DNA of 64,000 bases from Longimicrobiales bacterium. GTDB taxonomy: Bacteria; Gemmatimonadota; Gemmatimonadetes; Longimicrobiales; Gaopeijiaceae. A program made the translations under genes and the position numbers. Below the pieces are notes generated by a model. The model worked only from the letters and a program-made list of their open reading frames with translations, searched no databases and had not been told where the DNA came from. Positions within the stretch are counted from its first letter, which is position 1; each line of letters starts with the position of its first letter. Below, piece after piece: positions 40,609-48,647 of this stretch. Location of the stretch: contig CAXXKM010000003.1 of NCBI GenBank assembly GCA_963664435.2, positions 736,001 to 800,000 on the forward strand, given 5' to 3'.

Positions 40609-42228
40609 GTGATCATGCCCGCAACGACCCGAGAGAACGATCCGTGGAAGGACTCAAAGACTGTCGAAGGAGGCGGTTCCGCATCTTGTGTCGACGAAGC
40701 TTCCCAGTCCGATGACAACAACGAACTCGTCCAGTTGGGCGAGCGCATCGCGGATCTTGCAGCCCGCATCAATGCAGCCGAGGGCAGGATGATGGCGCTG
40801 CTCGCCGACTTCGATCGCCGGGGCGGATGGAGGGAGTTCTCGTCCTGCGCCGAGTGGCTCGCGTGGCGGACCGGCATCAAGATCGGGCCGGCGCGCGAGC
40901 GGGTTCGAGCCGCCCGGGCACTGGTGAATCTTCCGCGGACTTCTGAAGCCCTCAGGAGTGGCCAGCTTTCCTATGCCAAGGTGCGCGCGCTTACGCGCGT
41001 GGCCACGCCGGAGAGCGAAGAGACGCTTCTGGAGTTTGCTCAGGCGGCGTCAGCGGCCCGGCTGGAGCAGAGGGTGCGGATGTGGAAGCAGCTGTCGCGA
41101 GAAGGAGAATTGACGGCGGAGCAGGTGCGGCACCGCAACCGCGCTTTCTCGGTCTTCGTGGACGGAGACGGGATGTATGTCGTCAGGGGCCGGCTCGAGC
41201 CGGAGGCGGGGGCGGTTCTGATGCGGGCCGTCGAGGCGGCGGCGGATGCGCTGTATCGGCGAGAGGAGAATGGCGGCGAGGACGCCAGGGTGAGGGAGCA
41301 ACCTTCCAGGCCCACGCAGCGATGGGCGGATGCCGTCGGGCTCGTGGCCGAGCGGGCGCTGTCGGCGGGGTTCGGCGAGGATTCCGATGAGGGCACGGAC
41401 GAATCGGGTACGCGCGCGGAGCGGTATCAGGTCGTCATCCATACCGAAGCGGCGACCCTGGCCGAAGAAGGCGAGCCTGGACGCTCGGATCTCGACGGCG
41501 TGCGCGTCTCCGCGGAAACGTCGCGGCGCATGGCTTGCGATGCGGCAACCGTCGAAATGGTGCACGCCAAGCCCGAAATGATGCACAGCGAGCCCGGAAT
41601 CGTGCACAGAGAGCCCGAAATCGTGCATGGGAAGGCTGAATCGCTGCAGGGTAAGGCCGAAGAGGTACGTGGCAAGCCCGCCTCGGTGGGAGGTAGGGCG
41701 CGGACAGCGACGGACCGGGAATCCCGCAGTCCAGTCGCCGGCGGACCGGTGCTGAGCGTGGGCCGACGGACGCGCACGATCCCGCCCCACATCCGGCGAG
41801 CCCTCGAAGAGCGTGACCGTGGCTGCCGCTTTCCGGGGTGCGCCAGCCGCTTCACAGAGGCCCATCACGTCAGGCACTGGGCTGACGGCGGCGAGACGAG
41901 CCTGAGTAATCTGCTGCTCCTTTGCCGGCGCCATCACAGGGCTGTGCACGAGGGGCGGGTCAGGGTATGCACGGACCGCGCGGGTCTGGCGCTGTTCTTT
42001 ACGCGCGAGGGGAGGGAGCTGCTCGATGTCCCGGAAGCAGCCGGGGTGACTCGGCCAGGCACTCAAGCGACTCGGTTGGCCGGCCAAGCGACTCGTTTCG
42101 GCACTCAAGCAACTCTTCCGGCGGTAGCCTCAAGCCCCTCCTCCAACGGAGCCGCCCGGTACCGGGACTCAGATGTTCCCTGGGCGATCGAGGCTGCGGC
42201 GCGGGAAGCAGTCGAGGAGACGCTGTAG
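40609..42228 (+). CDS. DUF222 + HNH endonuclease (13E12-repeat-like, probably mobile)
   Basis: SCAEWLAWR, LSYAKVRALTR, RRMACDA, RDRGCRFPGC...AHHVRHWADGG.TSLSNLLLLCRRHH; AAGGAG RBS. Confidence 0.9.
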   Translation: MIMPATTRENDPWKDSKTVEGGGSASCVDEASQSDDNNELVQLGERIADLAARINAAEGRMMALLADFDRRGGWREFSSCAEWLAWRTGIKIGPARERVRAARALVNLPRTSEALRSGQLSYAKVRALTRVATPESEETLLEFAQAASAARLEQRVRMWKQLSREGELTAEQVRHRNRAFSVFVDGDGMYVVRGRLEPEAGAVLMRAVEAAADALYRREENGGEDARVREQPSRPTQRWADAVGLVAERALSAGFGEDSDEGTDESGTRAERYQVVIHTEAATLAEEGEPGRSDLDGVRVSAETSRRMACDAATVEMVHAKPEMMHSEPGIVHREPEIVHGKAESLQGKAEEVRGKPASVGGRARTATDRESRSPVAGGPVLSVGRRTRTIPPHIRRALEERDRGCRFPGCASRFTEAHHVRHWADGGETSLSNLLLLCRRHHRAVHEGRVRVCTDRAGLALFFTREGRELLDVPEAAGVTRPGTQATRLAGQATRFGTQATLPAVASSPSSNGAARYRDSDVPWAIEAAAREAVEETL

Positions 42229-42239
42229 AGACCCGCTAC

Positions 42240-42668
42240 TCAAAGGCGCTGCAGAAACCACCAGTGATGTCCCTCGGGATCGCGGGCTTCGTAGGTGCGT
42301 TCCGTCCAGTAGCCCTCGCCGTAGTCCTGGGTCGCGGGCTCCGTCGTGATGGCGGCTCCGGCCTCGCGGGCGTGTTCGCAGTGGGCGTCCGCATCGTCTA
42401 CGAACACGCAAAGCGCCTGTGTGTTGGCGCCGCCCGCGGCCTGCGGAGATCGGGGATAGGTGCGGCCGGGCGTCAGGCCCGCCTGCCCGACCATGATGAG
42501 GCCGCCGTTCATGGCGAGCTGCGAATGCACGATCTGTCCCTCTTCGTTCTCGACTCGGACGCGAACGGTGAATCCGAAGGCGCGGGTCAGCCAGTCGATC
42601 GCGGCTGCGGCGTCATCGTAGAACACGGCGGGCGTGATTCTCGGCCAGCCTTCAGGGGGATTCTTCAT
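42240..42668 (-). CDS. VOC/glyoxalase (PhnB-like) protein
   Basis: AAIDWL.RAFGF, VDDADAH, RDPEGHHW. Confidence 0.88.
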   Translation of the reverse strand: MKNPPEGWPRITPAVFYDDAAAAIDWLTRAFGFTVRVRVENEEGQIVHSQLAMNGGLIMVGQAGLTPGRTYPRSPQAAGGANTQALCVFVDDADAHCEHAREAGAAITTEPATQDYGEGYWTERTYEARDPEGHHWWFLQRL

Positions 42669-42705
42669 TGGGTTCTCCGTGAGCAGGTGGTTGCGGCGGG
42701 GCGTC

Positions 42706-44058
42706 TCACTGTCGCGTCGTATCCGCGCGCAAGCGTTGCAGCCGGCGCATCGCCACGATACCCGCCCAGGGTCCCAGCGCCAAGGCTCCGAAGGCGACGC
42801 GCCAGCCGAAGCGGATCTCGAGTTCGACGGTCATCCAGATTGTGGCGGCGGTGAGCAGGAAGCCGAGCGACGTCTGCAGGGTCAGAGCGGTGCCGACGGC
42901 GTGCCGGGGCGCCACCTCGGTGACCACCGCGCTGAACTGTGCGCTGTCCGCGACCACCGCAAACCCCCACACCCCCACGACCACCGCGACCAGCCAGAGC
43001 GGAGCGGCGAGCAGCCAGCCCATCACGGCCGCGCAGGCCCCGCTCACCGCCATCGACCAGATGGTTACGCGCTCGCGGCCCAGACGGTCGGCCCAGGTGC
43101 CCGCCATCACCGCCCCCACCCCACCGATGGCGATCGCGCCGAACCCGGCCACCCCCGCCAACCCCGCGGCCGAGAGCGCACCGGCGTCCGCGGCGGCAGC
43201 ACTGCCCGCGCCCGCGCCCGCGCCCACGCCGGTGAGACCGCCGGCAACCGCGCCGGTAAGACCGCCGCCGCCCTCGCCGGCAAGGCCCCCGCCCCCGCCG
43301 ACGAGACCGCCGCCCGCCACGATACCACCCCCGCCACCGGCGAAGTAGTCGCCGAAGAAGAGCGTGATCGTCGCCCACATCGGGTAGAGCTCCCACATGT
43401 GCCCCAGGTAGCCCGCGATGGCGAGCCGGGTCTCGCGGTGACGCAGCACCACCCCCGCAAGCTTCCACGAGAATGGACGGCGCTCGAAGCCGTAGGGCCC
43501 GTCGCGATACGTGGCCAGCACGAGGAGCCCGCTCGCCGCGCAGGCCAGCGACGCGCCCGCGAGCACGAGCGCCGCACCCCCTCCCTCGACCGACGTCAGC
43601 AGGTACGGGATCGCCTTCCCCACCGTGAGGGCCCCCACGATCGTGCCGATGGCGAAGCCGCGCGCGTCCCGGAACCAGGTCGCGATCATCTTCATCGCCG
43701 GCGGATAGACCCCGGCCAGGAAGAAGCCCGTCAGGAAGCGCAGGACCAGCGCCGACCCATAGTCCGGGACCACGAGCACCGCCGCGTTCACGCCCGCCCC
43801 CAGCAGCGCCGAGACGCAGAAGTAGCGCCTGGCCGGAAAGATGTCCGCCAGGTTGAGGAACGCCGCGACCGCCGTCCCCGCCACGAAACCCAGCTGCACA
43901 ACCGTGGTCAGCCACCCCGCCTGCCCCTCGCTCAGCCCCCACTGCGCGGCCAACTCCGGCGACAGCGCGCTGGCGGTGAACCAGAGCGACATGCCCATGA
44001 GCTCGGCCACGGACAGGAGCGCGAGGGTGCTCCAGGCGCCGCGGGGGATCTGATTCAC
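42706..44058 (-). CDS. MFS transporter with a Gly/Ala-rich loop insertion
   Basis: SLWF, GVYPP.MK, GYLGHMWELY, DSAQFSA; many hydrophobic helices. Confidence 0.88.
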   Translation of the reverse strand: MNQIPRGAWSTLALLSVAELMGMSLWFTASALSPELAAQWGLSEGQAGWLTTVVQLGFVAGTAVAAFLNLADIFPARRYFCVSALLGAGVNAAVLVVPDYGSALVLRFLTGFFLAGVYPPAMKMIATWFRDARGFAIGTIVGALTVGKAIPYLLTSVEGGGAALVLAGASLACAASGLLVLATYRDGPYGFERRPFSWKLAGVVLRHRETRLAIAGYLGHMWELYPMWATITLFFGDYFAGGGGGIVAGGGLVGGGGGLAGEGGGGLTGAVAGGLTGVGAGAGAGSAAAADAGALSAAGLAGVAGFGAIAIGGVGAVMAGTWADRLGRERVTIWSMAVSGACAAVMGWLLAAPLWLVAVVVGVWGFAVVADSAQFSAVVTEVAPRHAVGTALTLQTSLGFLLTAATIWMTVELEIRFGWRVAFGALALGPWAGIVAMRRLQRLRADTTRQ

Positions 44059-44277
44059 GCGCTATCGGCCTTTTTCGAGTGGGGAGTTGGGGCCTTCCCC
44101 GATGGGAGGAAGAGCGCGGGGCGGTGCGCGACTCGCACCGCTGGTGTATGGCCGGAATCGGGGCAGCTTCCCCGGCGGGGTTGCCTCCCGCTCCCCGGCG
44201 ATGCGTCCTTTTCGAGGTTCGCGCGTCTAACAGGGTAGACGGATGCCGACAGCACAGCCACCCGAAGGAGAATCAGC

Positions 44278-44763
44278 ATGCGACTGCAACTCGCCCTGAA
44301 CGTACGGGACATCGACGAGGCCGTGGACTACTACGGCAAGCTCTTCCAAGCGACGCCGCACAAGCGCCGCCCCGGATACGCCAACTTCGCCCTCGACGAA
44401 CCGCCGCTGAAGCTCGTGCTCTTCGAGAACCCGCACGCGCCGGAGCGCATCAACCACCTCGGCGTGGAGGTATTCGACGCCGCTTATGTGCGGGAGGCGG
44501 CTGCCCGACTGGAAGCGGCCGGCATCCTCACCGAGACCGAGGAGGAGGCCGTCTGCTGTCACGCCGAGCAGACCAAGGTCTGGTCCGACGAACCTCAGGG
44601 GCTGCGCTGGGAGTGGTACGTGATTACCGACGATGCCCCGGCCGCAGTCGCGTCAGGGGCAGTCGCGTCAGCGGCCTGCTGCGACGGGCAAGAGGAGGAA
44701 GCAGCCGTGCTCGCCGCTCGCGGCTCGGCCGATTTCTCCGCGCCGGCATGTTGTGACGTCTGA
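44278..44763 (+). CDS. ArsI/CadI family VOC metalloenzyme (C-As lyase-like)
   Basis: RLQLALNV, KRRPGYANF, NHLGVEV, CCHA.Q.KVW, and extra C-terminal CC pairs. Confidence 0.88.
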   Translation: MRLQLALNVRDIDEAVDYYGKLFQATPHKRRPGYANFALDEPPLKLVLFENPHAPERINHLGVEVFDAAYVREAAARLEAAGILTETEEEAVCCHAEQTKVWSDEPQGLRWEWYVITDDAPAAVASGAVASAACCDGQEEEAAVLAARGSADFSAPACCDV

Positions 44764-44794
44764 CCGCGAAGGTCCGGCTGGCCGGTCCCGCGGG

Positions 44795-45370
44795 ATGAAC
44801 CGTGGTCCGGGCGCGGCAGGCGACGGCGTGGAAGGACTGCGCTGGTCCGAGTTCCAGGGTCGGCTGCGCGGCTACGTGGCCGGCCGCGTCGATCCCGCCT
44901 GGACCGACGACGTGACCGGCGACATCCTGCTGCGGCTGCTTCAGAACAAGGAGCGTCTGAAGCAGGCCCGCAACCCACTCGCCTGGGCCTATCGGGTCGC
45001 GGCCAACACCATCACGGATCACTACCGGCGGCGCGCCGTCGAGTCGCAGGCGCTGGCACAGGCTCAAGGCGAAGCCGCATCCCTGCCTCCGACCGCGGAG
45101 GAGGAGGAGCAGGAAGCGGAGCGGCGACGAATCGAAGCGTGCCTGATGCCCTTCATCCTCGATCTATCGCCGAAACAAGCCGAGGCTCTCGTCCTCACCT
45201 CGTTCCAGGGCCTCAGCCAGGCAGAGGCCGCCCGCCGCCTCGGACTCAGCGCCTCGGGCATGAAATCGCGTGTCCAGCGGGGACGATCGGAATTGAAGCG
45301 GCGGCTGCTCGCCTGCTGTGAGTTCGAGATGGACCGCAGGGGCCGGGTGATGGGGATGGTGCCGCGATAA
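44795..45370 (+). CDS. sigZ: ECF sigma factor, SigZ-like
   Basis: AWAYRVAANTITDHYR, GLSQ...LGLS.SGMKSRVQRGR, CCEFEMDRRG. Confidence 0.8.
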   Translation: MNRGPGAAGDGVEGLRWSEFQGRLRGYVAGRVDPAWTDDVTGDILLRLLQNKERLKQARNPLAWAYRVAANTITDHYRRRAVESQALAQAQGEAASLPPTAEEEEQEAERRRIEACLMPFILDLSPKQAEALVLTSFQGLSQAEAARRLGLSASGMKSRVQRGRSELKRRLLACCEFEMDRRGRVMGMVPR

Positions 45371-45405
45371 CCTGCCGCGGAGGCCCCCAGCACCCCCCTG
45401 CTTCC

Positions 45406-48400
45406 CTACCGCATCACCCTCAACGGCCCCTCCGGCGGGAACAGGGTGAAGCCGACCGCCTCCAGCCGCTGGCGGAAGCGCGCCACGTCGCCCTGGAACA
45501 CGGCGTTGACGTCGTTCAGGATGGTGTCCAGCGCCGTCAAAGCGTTGTTCATCGCCTGGCGCTCGTTGGGGGTGGGGGCGTCCCAGGAGCTGGCGAGCGG
45601 GCCGGCTGCCGCCTGCACGTGGCGCACGGTCGCCCGACCGCCGCATCCGCCCTGGCACTCGGGGCCCGTGAAGTGCAGCTCCAGCAGCCCGCGCACGACC
45701 TCGGACACCGTGCGGCCCTCGCCGCTCAGGGCGTCGTCGTCCGCCAGGGTGGCGAGCACCACGTCCAGCCCGTCGAGGGCGCGCTCGAGGCGGTCCTGCG
45801 CCTCGTTCGCGGTGGTGATCCAGCCGGCGACCTCCCTGCGCGCCGCGATCTTGGCCGCGCGCGCCTCCGGGTCGTAGGGGAAGCGGTGGTCGGGGAGCAC
45901 CTCCAGCGTCTGCGCGCCTGAGCCGGCGCCAGCGTTCACGCGCACCGAGTAGATTCCCGGCATCACCTCGATGCCGCCGCCTCCGGTCTCGTCGCGCAGG
46001 TCCCACACCAGCCGGTTGAGCCCGGCGTCGGTCGTGCCCATGAGAGTTCGCACCACCGCGCCGCCATCGTCGGCGATCTGCACCTCGGCGCTCGCCACCA
46101 TCTCGCCCGGAGCGAGCCAGTAGTGAATCAGCGCGCCGTACGGCCGCCTGGGCCCGATGAACATGGTGTGGCCGATCGAACGGTACCCCGTGAGCCCCAT
46201 CCCCTCCGACTGGGTGTGCTGGCGCACCGGGGCGACCGGCATGACCTCCACCGGCCGCGCGGCCACTGCCGGATCGGCCGCCAGCGCCCGCAGCGGACGC
46301 ACGTCGTCGACCACCAGCGCCGCGCGCCCGTGCGTTCCCAGCACCAGGTCGCCGTCGCGCGGGTGCACCACGATGTCGCGCACCGGTGTCGGGGGCACGC
46401 CGGGATGCTTCCACCAGCTGGCCCCGCGATCCAGGCTCACGTACAGCCCGAACTCCGTCCCCACGAACAGCAGGTTGGGCTCCTCCGGGTCCTCCTCGAT
46501 GACGTGCGCGAAGCCGAAGATGTCGTCGCTCGCGATCGACTGCCAGCTCTGCCCGTAGTCCCCGGTGCGGTAGACGTAGGGCGTCCAGCTGCCGCGGCGA
46601 TGGTCGTCGTAGACCATGTACGCGGTCGCCGCGTCGTGCTTGCCGGGCTCGATGTGCGGGATCCAGGTCGCCTCGGGCACTCCCGGGACGTTCGCCTCCA
46701 GACTGGTCCACGAAACGCCGCCGTCGCGGGTCACATGCACCCGCCCGTCGTCGCTTCCCACCCAGATCAGCCCTTCCTCCAGCGCGCTGGGCGCGATGGT
46801 CAGGATGGTCGTGTGCTCCTCGGCGCCCGATGCGTCGATGGTGAGCCCGCCGCTCATGTGCGCCTGCTGCTTGGACGGGTCGTCGGTGGTCAGGTCGCCC
46901 GAGATGATCTCCCAGCTCGAACCCTGGTCGCGGCTCCGGTGCACGAACTGGCTGCCGATGTAGATGGTGGTCGAGTCGAAGGGATCGGTGGCGAAGGCCG
47001 CGTTCCAGTGGAAGCGGAGCGTCTCGCCCTCCGGAGCCGCGGGGCGGATGGCCTTGCGCTGGCCGGTGACCCGGTCGAAGCGCTGGAGGTTGCCGCGCTG
47101 CGACGACGAATAGCCGTAGCGCGCATCGCTCGGATCCGGCGCCGCCACGAAGCCGTCCCCGCTCACCACCCGGTGCCAGTGGGCGTTCATGACCCCGCGC
47201 CCGCCCCAGACATCCGAGGGCCCCCACCAGGAGCCGTTGTCCTGGAGGCCGCCGTAGACGTTGAACGGCACCTCGTTGTCGACCTCGATGTGGTAGAACT
47301 GGGCGAGCGGCAGGTTCTCCACGAAGCGCCAGTTGCGCCCGCGGTCGTACGTGAAGGCGATGCCGCCGTCGTTGCCCAGGATCATCCGGCTCGGGTCGTC
47401 GGGGTCGATCCAGAGCTCGTGGATGTCGCCGTGGATGATCGCGCTGGGCACCACGGTGGTGAAGGTGCGGCCCGCGTCCTCCGACACCGTCACCGCCCCG
47501 TGCAGCGAGTAGATGCGGTTCTCGTTGGACGGATGGGCGCGCAGATCCGCGTAGTAGAAGGGCCGGGGCGCAACGCCGGGCGCATCGGAGATGGTCCTCC
47601 AGCTGCGGCCGCCGTCATCGGAGCGCAGCAGCTCGCTCCGCTCGGCCTCCACCAGCGCGTACACCACCGAGGGATGCTCCGCCGGAATCGCCAGCCCCAT
47701 GCGGCCGAGATCCCCCGGCGGCAGCCCATGCTCCTCGGTGAGCTGCGTCCAGGTGTCGCCCCCGTCGCGGGTAACATGGAGCCCGCTCCCGGGCCCGCCC
47801 GACTCGAAGACCCAGGGCCAGCGCTGATGCTCCCAGAGCGCCGCGAAAAGCTTGTCCGGATTGGCCGGGTCCATGATCAGCTCGCCCGCGCCGCTGCGCT
47901 CGTTGGACTGCAGGACCGCCTCCCAGCTCTCGCCCCCGTCGCGCGTTCGATACACCCCGCGCTCGCCGCCGGTGCGCCACGTCGGCCCCAGCGCCGCGAC
48001 GTAGACGATGTCCGGATCGGACGGGTGCGTGAGCACGCGATGGATCTTCCCCGAGTCCTCGAGCCCCATGTGGGTCCAGCTCTCGCCCCCGTCGCCGCTC
48101 TTGTAGATTCCGTTTCCGACCCCGGCGCTGTTGCGCGGATTCCCTTCCCCGGTGCCCGCCCAGACGATCTCCGGATTGGGCTGGAAGACGGCGACGGCGC
48201 CGATGCTGCCCACCGGCTGGTCGTCGAAGACGGGGCGCCAGACGTGCCCTCCGTCGTCCGACTTCCACACTCCGCCGCTCGCGGAGCCGACGTAGATGAC
48301 GTTCCGGTCCGAGAGCACCACCTCGACGTCGGAGACGCGCCCGCTCATCCCCGCAGGCCCGATGGAACGCGCCTGCATCACCGAGAAGTGCTCCGGAGCG

Positions 48401-48474
48401 ACACTCTGGCCAGCCAGCGGCGTCGCAACTGACAATATACTGACAACTACTGACAACTTCGTCCATCGGCGCAT
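45406..48474 (-). CDS. Secreted VPS10/BNR (Asp-box) repeat protein
   Basis: RSIGPAGMSGR, many SxDGGxxW Asp boxes, YGGLQDNG, GTHGR; start set at the signal peptide MRRWTKL. Confidence 0.88.
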   Translation of the reverse strand: MRRWTKLSVVVSILSVATPLAGQSVAPEHFSVMQARSIGPAGMSGRVSDVEVVLSDRNVIYVGSASGGVWKSDDGGHVWRPVFDDQPVGSIGAVAVFQPNPEIVWAGTGEGNPRNSAGVGNGIYKSGDGGESWTHMGLEDSGKIHRVLTHPSDPDIVYVAALGPTWRTGGERGVYRTRDGGESWEAVLQSNERSGAGELIMDPANPDKLFAALWEHQRWPWVFESGGPGSGLHVTRDGGDTWTQLTEEHGLPPGDLGRMGLAIPAEHPSVVYALVEAERSELLRSDDGGRSWRTISDAPGVAPRPFYYADLRAHPSNENRIYSLHGAVTVSEDAGRTFTTVVPSAIIHGDIHELWIDPDDPSRMILGNDGGIAFTYDRGRNWRFVENLPLAQFYHIEVDNEVPFNVYGGLQDNGSWWGPSDVWGGRGVMNAHWHRVVSGDGFVAAPDPSDARYGYSSSQRGNLQRFDRVTGQRKAIRPAAPEGETLRFHWNAAFATDPFDSTTIYIGSQFVHRSRDQGSSWEIISGDLTTDDPSKQQAHMSGGLTIDASGAEEHTTILTIAPSALEEGLIWVGSDDGRVHVTRDGGVSWTSLEANVPGVPEATWIPHIEPGKHDAATAYMVYDDHRRGSWTPYVYRTGDYGQSWQSIASDDIFGFAHVIEEDPEEPNLLFVGTEFGLYVSLDRGASWWKHPGVPPTPVRDIVVHPRDGDLVLGTHGRAALVVDDVRPLRALAADPAVAARPVEVMPVAPVRQHTQSEGMGLTGYRSIGHTMFIGPRRPYGALIHYWLAPGEMVASAEVQIADDGGAVVRTLMGTTDAGLNRLVWDLRDETGGGGIEVMPGIYSVRVNAGAGSGAQTLEVLPDHRFPYDPEARAAKIAARREVAGWITTANEAQDRLERALDGLDVVLATLADDDALSGEGRTVSEVVRGLLELHFTGPECQGGCGGRATVRHVQAAAGPLASSWDAPTPNERQAMNNALTALDTILNDVNAVFQGDVARFRQRLEAVGFTLFPPEGPLRVMR

Positions 48475-48491
48475 CGGGATACCTCTGGTTC

Positions 48492-48607
48492 TCGGGTCCG
48501 GCTCGGTAACCGCCTTCGGGTCCGGTCCGGTAATCGTATTCGGGTCCGGTCCCGTAATCGTACTCGGGCCCGGTCCGGTAATCGTACTCGGGTCCGGTTC
48601 AGTGACT
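48492..48607. repeat. 24-bp tandem repeat, about 5 copies
   Basis: TCGGG(T/C)CCGG starts at 48492, 48516, 48540, 48564 and 48588. Confidence 0.88.
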
Positions 48608-48647
48608 CGCGTTGAGGGCTGACTCGGGGCTCGCATTGGGATCGGGC

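Noticed and set aside
40609..42228. HNH protein as IscB/Cas9-like RNA-guided nuclease
   Set aside because: No PLMP or split RuvC motifs were seen; the architecture is DUF222 + HNH.
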